DNA from: Selaginella moellendorffii | Lineage: Eukaryota; Plantae; Lycopodiophyta | Length of the DNA stretch: 64,000 nucleotides | Direction of reading: 5' to 3' | NCBI RefSeq assembly: GCF_000143415.4 | Contig: NW_003314265.1 | Coordinates: 4,079,897-4,143,896 of the forward strand | Shown: piece by piece, positions 51,604-64,000 of the stretch | How the letters are laid out: each line of letters begins with the position of its first letter | Position numbering within the stretch: the first letter of the stretch is position 1 | Notes under the pieces: model-generated | Seen by the model: only the letters and a program-made list of their open reading frames with translations | Told to the model about the DNA's origin: nothing | Databases searched by the model: none | Made by a program: the position numbers and the translations under genes

Positions 51604-54600
51604 TGTCATGAATGTGACTTCAGTATTGAAAGTTACCTATTGACTAGTCATTACGAACGCTCTTTCCTTACTGCCACAATGGCAAGAAGTCGGTATTACT
51701 GGACCCTTTATCAGTCCCTCTTGTGTTAGTGGAGTTAACTAGGCATTTTGAGTGTACTTAGACCAAACAAGCATAAGGATAGAATTTTTACATGTTATTA
51801 ATTAAGCATATTTAGCCTAAGAAGGAGTTCCCATCTTGTTATGCTTTGCACTAGCTAGTGACAAGAACCTTTGCGTATTGAGGCTAGTCCCTCAATATTG
51901 CTGGATGATAACTTACCATATCTGCCAAACATCCTTGCTATCATGCCTTTTGTGTTAATCTCATTTCAATCCCAAATGCTCGTCCGGTCTAAGTACACTC
52001 AAAATGCTTAGTTAACTCCACTAGCACAAAAGGGACTAATAAAAAGTCCAGCAATACTGACCTCTTGCTTTCTTCTAGTTTTGTTTTAGTATTGAATGGC
52101 CTTAAAGTAATGCTTTGTCATTGATATTGTTAATATTTAGATTCACGTGAAATGAGATATCTTTCCATATGATTGATATTGAGTTTCATTAGTCTTAATG
52201 AAGATAGTTTAGCTCATTAGCTTCGAGGTTGAAGTTGACTTTTGCATTTAGCAATCATTGGTGATGATTGACTATCATCTTGGGATAGTTGATTATTCTT
52301 ATTAAAAGATTTGCTTGGTTGTTGTTGATGTAGAATGATGTGCCATTCTTCGAGATGGTGGATTCCTTCTTCAATGATGACTATGCATCACTCTTTTAAT
52401 TGGAGGATTGATGATCTTTCGTGATAGTTAGTTGTTCTCTTTGATGGTGTTTGGCTTTTCATTATACCACATGTTCTTTGTAGTTTGCTCTGGATTGGTC
52501 TCTTAGATTTGAGACATTGATGGGATATTGTTGACACTTGCTTAGGCATTTTGAGTTCCTTAGTGTTGTTGGTTGGGATCTATTCGGATTGGCTAGTGCA
52601 ATAGTTGGCATGAACGAATGTTTGTTGGTTTTGCGGCATTCACTCTGTTCTGTTGATTGTTGTTATAGTTAGTTTTGATAGATTGAATGTTATTTCCTTC
52701 GGGTAATACATTCGTGAGCATTTTTCTTGCCAGTTGATAATACTTTGTGTTCTTTGAATTGTCTTTAGTAAGTTGTTTAGCATATTATTTACAATCTTTG
52801 GTAGTTAAGTTTTATCATTGAGTTTTTTCAATGATACACTTGCTATCTAATTTTGTTCGATGGTGAATTCTATGTTTTCCACCTATAATGATCTTGATGG
52901 TTCTATGCTATAATACTCATTTATTAGTTGATAACTTACTTAGAATACTTTTGTGTTCTTATATAAGCGTTATTCACTAATAATTAAGTCTCTAATGTAT
53001 CATTGTCTATGACTTTGATATTGTCCATCTATTGATATGAGTTTGGGCCTGTATAGGTAGACTAGTTTTGGCACTTCATGTGCATGGTGAAATCTTTAGT
53101 CATGGGGTAGCTACTGTCAACTGGTCACATCACCTACTTCTTTATTAATATTTTTTATTTCATTAAAAGGGCATGACCATGTAAACAACTCTAACTGCCT
53201 GTTTATAGTAATCTATCTAAACCTTACCGACGGGTTTGGTTTCTTTGCTCATGAGGGTTGGGGCCTTTGGCTTCTCTCTCTATATCTCTGTAGGCAAGGG
53301 CATATCACAGTTTTGTAAGTTGGGTGACACCTAGAGCAACAAGGGTGGCTGACTCCGTTGGTTATTTCCTTGTTAGCGACGGCCGGAACTTGTTTGAGTT
53401 GATAATGCATCCGCGTTAAACAAAGAAGTTACCCTAACTCATTTAAGTTGGTGCATTTCTCACATAGTGTGATCGCTATGAACTTTTTCTAGAATTGTTT
53501 CCTTGCCGGTAGTCTAGACTGGAGTATGCATCGATGAGAACGTCGATATTCTCTAAGGGGGGGAGAGTGTCGCAAATGTAAATTCAGGTATCGAAAGTTA
53601 TCTGCCGGCTAGTCCTTACGAATACTCTTTCCTTACTACCACGATGACAAGAGGTCGGTATTATTAGACCCTTTATCAGTCCCTCTTGTGTTAGTGGAGT
53701 TAACTGGACATTTTGAGTGTACTTAGACTAGACGAGCATAAGGATGAAATTCCTACATATTATTAGCTAAGCATACTGAGCCTAGTAAAGAGTTCTTGTC
53801 TCGTTATATTTTGCACTAGCTAGTGACAAGAACCCTTGTGTATTGAGACTAGTCCCTCAATATCATTGGATGATAGTGTAAGCAACCAAAGAGAACAACT
53901 CGAGAAATGATTCATGGGGTTTAAATATAGAGGAAAAGGGCCTATGAACAAAAGTGCACCCCCTTTTTCAATCGGTTAAGGGTCTTGAAATATTTGGGGT
54001 TAAATGTCCTTGGGTTTGAATAATACTAGGCTGGGTGACTTCCCGGGAAGTCCAAACTCAGAAGCTTATATTTGGTATCAGAGTGGTCTTAGGTCTGACT
54101 CTATTGGTTGGCTAGGGAATCACACCACATGTTGATTGACATCTGGCTAGTCTAGTTTGCTCCTACTAGGCTCGACCCGAGGGGTAGGGTGTCAAGAGAG
54201 CGAGGCTCTCGGGAGAGCTGCGGCTCTCAGCTTCCGTTCACAAGGGTGTGAGCTTGCAGGGAAGCATGGTGGATTATAAGCAACCAAAGAGAATGACTCG
54301 AAAGACGATTCATTGGGGTTCAAATATAGAGGGAAAGGGTCCATGAACAAAAGTGCACCCCCTTTTTCAATCAGTTAAGGGTCTTGGGATATTTAGAGTT
54401 AAGCTATGCTGAAATAACGCTAGACTCTATTTAGCTCCGTTTTGCATATTGGTCTTGGCATTAAGATGTTGAATGCTCTAGAACTGTTCCAAGTCGCTCT
54501 ATGCTCCTGTCCATTTGCTCTTTGGGCTATATGTTCAGAAGTTGCTCCATGGTCTGGTTCCATCACTCCTTGGCTTCAAGCTTGAGAGTTTGACACTATT

Positions 54601-54775
54601 CTTTCATTCAGTGGCCCAAGACTCTAAAACTTAGGTTCCATACCACTGTCCTTTGGACACATGGCATGTGGCACATGGTATGTGCCATGTGGCACATGGA
54701 GGGTTTAAGTTCTGCTTCGTGGTTATTCTATAGTAAAACACCATAGGATAAAAGGTAAAAACCACGTGTGCTACA
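51604..54775 (+). mobile_element. Internally deleted LTR element F nested in the 3' LTR of C (partial 5' LTR with a short inversion, 3' region, PPT, LTR 53568-54775)
   Basis: The LTR of C is interrupted in its G-rich tract at 51603 and resumes at 54776; homology to 20577-22890. Confidence 0.78.
53877..54404 (+). mobile_element. Cassandra TRIM: 5' LTR 53877-54070, PBS 54073-54083, internal region, truncated 3' LTR from 54275
   Basis: LTR matches 21227-21420 including the 5S-derived segment; TGGTATCAGAG PBS. Confidence 0.88.
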
Positions 54776-56864
54776 AGGAGGGGGGGATATAGGGGGTTCC
54801 ACATGTATAGTAGAGATAGTGGTTGGAATGTATGTCCGATCACTTGAGACATTAGTTTAGCTCTAGTTGAGCTGTGTTGCTCTTTTTTTTATATCTAGCT
54901 TGGGTCTAAGCCTAAACTCCACGCTACTCTAGTTAGTGGGGTACCCTCCTCCTTGCATTAAGCCACCAGTATATTAAAATTGTGCCAGATACCATATAAC
55001 ACCATTTTGCATGTAGGTGCTGGATATGGGGAGCTAGTACTCATAGGATTAAGAGTGTACCAGACCCTCATTACATAGTGTAATGAGCTTGGAGTTCAGC
55101 TCCAAATTCAAGTGCGCTACACCTAATCTTAGATCTCATATTGGGTCTCAGACTCAATCTCAAACTCGATCTTGGACTCAGTTTCAGACTCGGTCTCGAA
55201 CTCAATATTAAACTCAATCTAGGAGTTGGTTTTGGACTCGGTCTTGGAGTCAGTCTCAAACTCAAACTCAAAGTTGGTTTTAGACTCGATCTTGGACTTA
55301 GTCCTGAACTTGGTCTTGAACTCAATCTCGAAGTTAGTCTTGGACTCGATCACAAACTCAGTCTCATCCAATGAACTCTTTATCATTTTGGTCTTGGTTT
55401 GAAAGATCCTTTAACCTATGCCACCTTAGGGAGCTCACTTATCTATAATTACGTTTAGGAACATTGAAGGGACTTCATCTTTTAGCTTGCCAAAGTATGG
55501 AATTGTTTATATTAGACTAGAGGGCAAGTAGAAAGTTCTCTTTTCACAAATTTCTTACTTGCCCTTTAGTCTAATATGAACAATTCAATACGTTAGACTT
55601 TCCAGAACACTATGGTTGCAAGTAGCAACACCCTCAAGCACCTAATTGATTTCCCACTCTCAATTTGCATAACTAATTTAGGTTATGACTCTCAAATATT
55701 ATGGTTTGATTTTATCCTTTTACTACTTGCTTTTAGCTTTATACGTTTTCTTCAATTACTCTCTTCCATGAGGAGGTAGCTTTGCACTTTCTACCATGTC
55801 TTATTAGGGATAAACTTATTTAATCATTTAGCGAGTGGTTTCTCAATTTAGATATGCTTACCTTGTAATCCCATACACTAAAATTAACATTTGTTACTCA
55901 TAGGTTCTTATACTCATTGCTAGTCATGCCAAAATATTTATAAACTTATCCTCTTAGGATAGAAAAACCTATCCTGTCTCTAGCTTTATCAACTTTGGAT
56001 ATTATGTTTATTTTCTAAAGACTTAGTCTTTTGGGCTTTATCTAATGCCCTCATATTTTAGTGATAAACTTCCTAGGCAATAAGCTTTTCTTATTAATGT
56101 TGACTCACTATGTTGCAATATAAGCACAAAATCCCTGAAGGGATGTATCTAGCCTCCTTATCTAGCCAAGAAGTCTCAAGAAGTTAACTTGCACTATTCC
56201 AACCAATTATTCCAAACTTTACTTAGTTGCCTCATAATATCATGTTCTATAATTCATTACAAGTGCTTCAGCACCTCTATCAATATTCGATACAAGCATA
56301 TGAATCCAACCATATCCAGAATATGCCAACTCTATTTCCATTGGGGTTCCTTTGGTAAGGGGTAGTTCTACAAAATAGTTATTGGCTGAGATAAAACTTT
56401 ATCAAAACATTTTAGCAAGATATAGTTAAAGAAATAACCTTTTGACTTCCTGACTCTTGAGACACTTCCCTATTCTTGACTCTCAAGACACTTCCCTATT
56501 CCTGACTCTCTGATTTCTTGTACGATTTCTGAGTCTCGAGCCACATTCCTGATATTGATGTGGCGCCTCCTCGACCTCAACTATATTTAGGCCGTCCTCG
56601 ATCCAAGAGTGGTGGAGCTTCATCAACCTATAGTATATATAGGTTAGCCTTGTTCCATTTCTCCACAATCTGAATCAACGCCAGTCTAAGGCCTCTTCTT
56701 TGTTTCCACTAGCTTTTCTCTTTGTTTTTTGCATTTTCCAGTCTTGATCTTGTTGGGGGTCTTGACAGTTTGATTCAGATTGTGCTTTTTGCTTTTGCTT
56801 TAGCTCATTTTGATTATTTGATTGCCTTTGTATTTTTCCCCCTTTTTTTTCTTTCTTCTTGCCG

Positions 56865-58409
56865 ATGGAGTCTCCAAGCCATCCTGATTTCTTTGCCGAA
56901 GTCCTTGCAAAAATCCAGTCTGAGAATACTGAGCTGAAGGCGACCCTTCTTCGCATGCAGCAGGAGCTTACTTCACTTTCGGCTCAAGGATCCAGCAAAG
57001 TTCCTGAACCGAAGGTGAGTTTCCCGGCGAAATTTTCAGGCAAGCGTTTGGAGCTTCACGGATTTTTGAACCAAATGGAGCTGATCTTTGCACTTTAACA
57101 TCGGCGGTACCCCACTTCAAATAGGCGCGATTGGGACATTGCTCGAAGGTGCAGCTTTGTCATGGTTTTCTCCTCTTCTGGAGAAGAGCATGAAAGGGGT
57201 CGTGGTTCCGAAGCTAATGGATCTTCAATTGTTCAAAGAGAAGCTCGAAGCATGTTTTGGTGAGACGGATCGGGTTCAGGCTGCTACCACAAAGATGAGA
57301 CGTCTCTCTCAGGGGTCGCGTCCTACCTCAATCTACGCTGCAGAGTTCCAACTCCTTGCCTTGGACACTCAGTGGGATGAGCGGGCCCTGATTGACCAAT
57401 TTCGTTTCGGCCTCAACAACGGTGTCAAAGATTTATTGCTCACCATGGAGGATCCCAAGGACCTGTTAGACGCCATCAACAAAGCTGTTCGATGTGACAA
57501 TTGTCTCTTTGAACGTTGTCAGGAAAGTCGCCGCGCCGCTGTTTTTCCGTCCCAAACTCAGGAATCCCAGCTTGAGTCTTCGGGGCATACTCCTGAACCT
57601 ACTGCTCCGGTCCCGATGGATATTTCTGGTACTCCCCGACTCATTAGAGGGAAGTTGAGTCCTGCTGAGAAGCAACATCGAATATCTCATAATCTTTGCC
57701 TCTACTGTGCTGATCCTAATCACAAAGCAGCTGTGTGTCCCAAGAAGCCTCCCCGATTGTTCAAGTTCACTCTGCCTCAAAGTCCACCTCTGTTGCAGTC
57801 GGGAAACGACCCTGTCCAAACCGAGTAGGAGCTGTCTGTTTGGACTCCCCGAATAAAAATCACTTTTCTTCTTTATCAAGCTCCTCACCACCTTTCATCA
57901 AAACCACCACCAATTCCCGCAACTTCCATGTCCCATGTCTCCTTTCTTTCACCGGACAATCAGGACTCAAGGCTTTGGTGCTACTGGACTCGGGTGCAAC
58001 TTCCTGCTTCATAGACACGGACTTTGCTGCCCGACATCACGTTCTTCTTTCTCCTACCATACAGGATTTGAGGGTTGAAGGCCTCGGGGTGGTCACTCTT
58101 ATATAACTATATATATCATCTGTGTGTAATGATTGGGTGCAAACCGTACGTATACATACAGGCCTTAGGGTTGAGTTTAATTTGAAAAATTTCATACGTA
58201 CGGGTAGGGGAGGAGGCGGAGCTCCTCTAGGGCTCTCTACAGTAGCAGGCTGTAGAGGGCAATAGATCTCAGGCACAATAGGTATGGAGCGTGATGTTAT
58301 TGTGTATGTAGAAGGGTGAAATAATGTTTTTTATTAATGGAAATATATATATATATAGACATATACACATACATACATACATACATACATACACATACAT
58401 ACATACATA

Positions 58410-58441
<32 letters not shown>

Positions 58442-61400
58442 CATATATATATATATATGCAAAAATAACCAGAATATGCCACGTATATATAAGAATTGAG
58501 GGTTTATTTAAGATTTGAAAAAATGCATATATGTAAGGGTATGGGGCAAATTATGAACAACAAAAAAAGTATACTAAGCCCACTATTCTAAACTTCCAGA
58601 ACGCAAATGATATATAATGCTTATAAAGAGTGACCACCCCAAGTTGAAGGCATCGGCGGGCATTTTGTGTCTCCATCTTCTGGACTTAGGGAAACGTTGC
58701 CCGTTCGAGTACACATCAGGTCCACCATCACCGATATCGCCTTCAACATCATCAACAGCAAGTCCTCCTCTGTGGTGCTCGGTCTTCCTTGGTTCCAACT
58801 ACATCAGCCTCAGATTTGTTGGAAGGAATTACAGCTCATCTCTCCCACATCACCATCTTCCACGGCTTCCCCTACTGTTCATCGAGTCCAAATCAGGAAA
58901 AGTTCCCTAAACTCAAATCGGGGTTCTGTTCCTGACTCTACGAAGTTTTCACCCTCTTCTTTTTCCTCTCTTCCATCTTACACTGGACAGTATCCTTGTC
59001 TCATCATTCCATTTAGTCATACACCTCCTCCTATCTCCACAATCACTATGAAAGAACTCCTTCATGAAGAACCTATTTTCCTTTTTGCTTTGCATGTTTT
59101 TCCTGTCAGTCTTCCTGAGAAGTATCATGATTTTGGGGATGTGTTTGACAAGAAAAAAGCTAGTGTACTGCCTGTTCATTGGCCTTATGACTGTCCCATT
59201 GATTTACAGGAAGGAGCGTCACCTCCGTGGGGGCCTATCTACGGGTTATCCCCGTCCGAGCTTAAGGCCCTCAAAGAGTACGTGGATGAGAACCTTGCCT
59301 CGGGGTACATTCAGCATTCGCAGTCCTTGGCTGGAGCACCTGTCTTCTTTGTCAAAAAGAAGGATGGGAGTTTGCGGCTAGTCATCGATTACCGAGGTTT
59401 GAACAAGGTGATTGTTCGGAACCGTTATCCGCTATCCCTGATCTCGGACCTGTTGGAACACCTCGGCGGTGCCCGCTTCTTCACCAAGATTGACCTCCGT
59501 GGCGCATACAACCTGATCCGGATCCGGCCTGGTGATGAATGGAAGACTGCGTTCTGAACCTGCTATGGCCACTTTGAGTACACTGTCATGCCATTTGGCT
59601 TGACAAATGCTCCAGCAGTTTTCCAACACATGGCGAACGACGTCTTTCGGGAGTTTCTTGATCAGATGGTGATCGTCTACCTCGATGACATCCTCATCTA
59701 CTAAAAAACTCAGGAGGAGCACAACGAACATGTACACAAGGTGCTGGTGAAGCTGCGAGAACACGGCCTATACGCGAAGCTTAAGAAATGTTCCTTCGAT
59801 CAGCAGTCTATGGAGTTCCTTGGGTACATTGTCACTCCTAAGGGTATCATGATGGATCCTGCCAAAGTCAAGACTATTCTCGAGTGGGAGCCTCCACAAT
59901 CAATGTCGGACGTTCAGATTTTCCTTGACTTTGCCAACTTCTACTGCAAATTCATTGATCACTACTCTGACATTGTCCTTCCTCTCACACATCTCACTTG
60001 CAAGGATGTTCCCTTCTCTTGGTCTGCTGCTGCCCAGCACACCTTCGACACACTCAAGGCAGCCTTCAGTTTTGCTCCCGTTTTGATCCATGCTGATTCC
60101 TCACAACCTTTCTTCATCGAGGCTGACGCCTCCGACTTTGCCATCGGTGCTGTGCTGTCTCAACTCAGAGCGGATCAAGAACTTCATCCGGTCGCTTTCC
60201 ATTCTCGGAAATTCCAGCCTGCGGAGATCAATTACGAAATCCACGACAAGGAGCTCCTTGCCATTGTGGATTCCTTTGGAGAGGCGCCGTTTCTTGGAGG
60301 GGGCGGGCCATCAAGTAACAGTCTGGACGGATCACAAAAATCTTGAGTACTTTGCCACTTCCCGAGTTTTAAGCCGTCGTCAAGCAAGGTGGGCACAATT
60401 CCTGAGTCGGTTTGACTTTGTTATCAAGCACAAACCTGGAAAGCTTCAAGGCCTTCCTGATGCTCTTTCAAGGCACTCCTATCTCAGTCTCAAGCCTGGT
60501 AATCCTGCCTTCGATCAACAGGATCAAGTTATCCTCGGTCCTGATCAGCTTCAAGTTATGGCAATTTCCCTGGCCCCTCAGGACTCCTCCTTGATGGATG
60601 CCATCAGAAACGATCTTCAATCCGATGATCTCGCCAGCGACATTTTCCCCCATCTTCAAGTTGGACACCCTGTGACTCTTGACTGCTAGCGATTTGACGA
60701 GTTCGAGTTCTTAGATGGCTTATTATACCATGGGGAGCAGCTTTACGTTCCTGAAGGTGATGCTCGAAGGTTGGTCCTAATGGTGTGCCACGATAGCCCA
60801 ACTGCTGGTCACTTCGGCATTGCGAAAACTTATGAGCTAGTTGCACGGGACTTTTGGTGGCCTCACATGGACAACTACATCAAAGCTTTTGTTACCTCCT
60901 ATGACACTTGCGCCTGGAATAAAGTACCTCGCCACCTTCCTTCAGGTTTGCTTCATTCCCTTCCGGTCCTTTCAGGTCCTTGGGAATCCATCTCCATGGA
61001 TTTCTTGAGTGATCTTCCGAGTTCTGGAGGCTTCAACAGCATTTTAGTCGTGGTGGATCGCTTCACAAAGATGGCGCACTTCTTGCCATGTACCAAGGAG
61101 TTTTCGGGCGAGGACATGGCAAAACTGGTATTCAGGGAAATTTTCCGACTTCATGGGATTCCTACAGATGTGGTTTCGGATCGGGGGCCTCAGTTTATCT
61201 CTCATTTCTGGCAACGGTTTTTGCAACTGCTTGGAGTGAAGGCCAACCTCTCTTCGGCGTATCATCCTCAAACTGATTGGCAGTCCGAACGAATGATTCA
61301 GACGTTGGAACAATTCTTGAGGTGCTTCATCAATTATCATCAGGATAACTGGTTTGATATCCTTCCCCTTGCTGAGTTCTCCTATAACAACTCTGTTCAC

Positions 61401-62033
61401 TCCTCTCTTCAAATTTCCCCCTTCTTTGCAAACTTTGGCTGAAATCCCCGATTCAATCTCTCACTTCTTTCTCCATCCGAATCCTCTCATTCAAATCCCC
61501 GCTCTGAGGCATTTGTCTCCAACCTCCAAGAAATCCACAACTCCATCTCCTTCCACCTCCATCGTGCTTAGGAATCTCACAAAACATTTGCCAATGTCTA
61601 TTGTCAGGATTGTCCCCCTTATAATATCAGGGATAAAGTCTGGCTCCTCAGGCGAAATATCTCCACCACCAGGCCCTGTCCAAAGCTTGATTTCAAATGC
61701 CTTGGTCCTTTCTCTATCACTGCCATCATTAATCCTGTCACTTATCACTTTGCACTTCCCTCCTCATATCAAATTCACCCCATTTTTCATTCCTCTCTCC
61801 TTGAGCCTTATATTCCTAATCCTATTCCCAATCGGGTCATTCCTCCACCTCCACCAGTGCAACTCGAGGATGGGTCTGAGTACGAGGTTCAGGACATCCT
61901 TGATTCCAAGATTTCACGGTCTAAACTCTACTATTTGGTCGACTGGAAGGGTTACGGGCCTGAAGAACGCACTTGGGAACCTGCAGACAACCTGATTCAT
62001 TCTCCTGACCTTGTTCAGGACTTCCACCCTTGA
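56865..62033 (+). pseudogene. pol: gag-pol of element G with a few stops/frameshifts and a MITE in the protease
   Basis: CLYCADPNHKAAVC; LLDSGAT; [13 protein letters not shown]; YLDD; ADASDFAIGAVL; VVVDRFTKMAHF; chromodomain EYEVQDILDSK...YLVDWKGYGPEERTWEP. Confidence 0.95.
58083..58643. mobile_element. hAT-like MITE with ~40-bp TIRs and 8-bp TSD; internal (TA)n/(CATA)n microsatellite at ~58343-58460
   Basis: CTCGGGGTGGTCACTCTT...AAGAGTGACCACCCCAAG; TSD TTGAAGGC at 58075-58082 and 58644-58651; removal restores the protease frame LRVEGIGG. Confidence 0.9.
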
Positions 62034-64000
62034 TATCCTTCTCGTCCCAATCCTCATTCTTTTTCTCCATCTCCCATCCCTCGTCGCTCATCTCATCCTC
62101 CTCGTCGTTCTCATTCACATCCTCGTTCCACTCGTTCTTGAGGAGGGGGTGCTGTCAGGAATCCCCCAATTCTTGCCACATTCCTGACTTTCGCCAGATT
62201 CCTGACCTGCAAACCACATTCTTGATTCTCGAGACACTTCCCTATTCCTAACTCTCGAGACACTTCCTTATTCCTGACTCTCAAGACACTTCCTTATTCC
62301 TGACTCTCGAGACACTTCCTTATTCCTGACTCTCTGATTTCCTGTACGATTCCTGAGTCTCGAGCCACATTTCTGATATTGATGTGGCGCCTCCTCGACC
62401 TCAGCTATATTTAGGCCGTCCTTGATCCAAGAGTGGTGGAGCTTCATCAACCTATAGTATATATAGGTTAGCCTTGTTCCATTTCTCCACAATTTGAATC
62501 AACGCCAGTCTAAGGCTTCTTTGTTTCCACTAGTTTTTCTCTTTGTCTTTTGCATTTTCCAGTCTTGATCTTGTTGGGGGTCTTGACAGAAAGTTCCTCT
62601 TTATTATTATAGATTACTAATATATATCTTACACTACAAATTTTAAAATTGTATTAATAAACTATATTTGTAGTTCATACCTTATCCCAAGTTGTGCATA
62701 AAGCCCACTAAGGCTGTGTAGGTTGATTATAGTCCCTAAAATCCCAATATGCAAAGGTTTTAACATTCCTAATTAAGAATCAGTTGTTAAAAGTTTCAGT
62801 TATCTCTTGCAAGCAAAGTGAAGATCTTCACCAGCAGCACTACACATTGCAAGAATTTCCAAGTATCTTGACAGTAATCTGTCTTCATAGACCCAAGAAG
62901 CTCTTGATACTGCCCAATTAAATTATTTAAGTCATATTAGAAATTTTTTTAAAGCCCAAAAAATCACAAATAAAAATTAGTAACCCCCTGATTGTTGCAA
63001 TCCTATTTACTATCCTACTGCTAAACAATGCTGAACACACTAAAGCACAATAAGAATAACACAACAATTCTTATCATGGAAGGATGGATCCAAAGAGAGA
63101 AAGCCTAATGAAGAATAGATCCACCATTGCCAAGTGGAGGAGTCTTCCCAACCAAACAAAACTGGAATTCCATCAACCTGGCAAATTTCTTGATCTTGTG
63201 ACCAAGTAGACACTTGTCTACTACCAAATCTGCTTTCTGGATGGCTTTGTCTGGAACTTAGCCTCAAAACCTTGAATGGACCAGGATTGTGCATAGCTTT
63301 CAAGCCTGCTGATGCAATCTAGAAGAGTTATATGAGAAACAAAGAAATAGTTTTTACTCTTCTCAAGATTGTGAGATATACATTTGGAATAGCTTCAAGA
63401 AAGATGTAAGTAAAATACGAAAAAACTAACTTAGGGATCTTAGAACCATTCAGCTCCTCCATGGTTATTAAAGAAATCCACTTATGCATGTAACCACGTC
63501 ATACCAATCCATCTTTTAAGGATCATTCATGTGCCATGAAATGTGAGCTTGCTGCACACCTGCTGCACACTTCAAAGAATCCCCTGGAAGATCCCACAAG
63601 GGGGTAGAGATTGGATGATTCTAAAGAAAATCCACCTGATCATTGGAAAATTGGCCACTTCTAGAGTAGCTTGCCCATTCATCGATCTAGGATGTGAGCT
63701 CTCTCACAGCATGTCCTGCTCACTGTGAAGGATGCATTGTGGCCTGGAGCGATACTAACTGATTAAGCCATGTGGAGCTGTCTAGTCTCCAGGCAGAGGA
63801 ATTCCTACACACATGGGAGTATACCTTTGATGAGTGCTTTGGTGACAAGGGATGATGCTAGACTTTGCATGAACTGTGAACATCCTCGTGCTCATGCTCT
63901 TTATAGTAGTAGACTAGAGGTGAATAAAAACAAATAATTTTCTATTTTGTCCAAGGTAATTAATATTTATTAAGAAATAAGAATATATTTTTAATAAATT

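Larger units (their letters stand above)
4098..55121 (+). mobile_element. Ty3/Gypsy chromovirus (element C), split by nested insertions
   Basis: 5' LTR 4098-5348; PBS TGGTATCAGAG 5351-5361; leader breaks at 5421 and resumes at 45835; gag-pol 45957-50662; PPT ~51003-51015; 3' LTR 51016-51603 plus 54776-55121. TSD CCTGA (4093-4097) / CCTAA (55122-55126), with the same GACTC-type repeat continuing on both flanks. Confidence 0.8.
56447..62588 (+). mobile_element. Tcn1/Tf1-sushi-like chromovirus G: 5' LTR (truncated) ends at 56767, 3' LTR 62153-62588
   Basis: Near-identical LTRs ending GTCTTGACA; PPT GAGGAGGGGG before 62153; full domain set. Confidence 0.92.

Noticed and set aside
52070-53300. 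Possible antisense or env-like ORF in the 3' region of elements E/F
   Set aside because: The strand-biased composition is suggestive, but the frames are full of stops and I recognise no motif.
58297-58518. YI/HT-rich ORFs
   Set aside because: Translation of the (TA)n/(CATA)n microsatellite inside the MITE.
62790-63900. Exon-like minus-strand segments at the window end
   Set aside because: They look like a decayed spliced gene but contain stops and have no recognisable family; cannot be supported without a search.

Overview
Eukaryotic, TE-dense plant DNA. A fern or other seed-free plant is inferred from the Cassandra TRIMs, a Tcn1-like chromovirus, a PPR fragment and short GT-AG introns. There are two 100-N scaffold gaps. 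The window is a nest of Ty3/Gypsy LTR elements: a chromovirus spanning 4098-55121 has a ~40-kb block (5422-45834) inserted in its leader. The standout is an apparently intact 8.8-kb TIR DNA transposon (9825-18652, TIRs of 36-39 bp, 5-bp TSD AGCCC) with two divergent spliced genes. One is a ~1062-aa Mutator-like DDE transposase with a GCM/WRKY-like zinc domain and a SWIM finger. The other is a ~1100-aa, 11-exon protein fusing a ParB/Srx-like domain (IDGNHR) to a prokaryote-style beta-class amino (N4C/N6A) DNA methyltransferase fold. Arrays of GGTTC-N5/6-GAACC palindromes lie between the genes and near the ends. A second, decayed copy lies at ~34513-41821. The window also contains an intact 4-exon Crinkler/RHS-type NTPase + restriction-endonuclease-fold gene with a partial paralog, Tat-like elements with a tRNA-like sequence where the PPT should be, a self-priming Tcn1-like chromovirus, Cassandra and other TRIMs, solo LTRs and a hAT-like MITE. 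All exon models and alignments were done by eye; no database searches were run.
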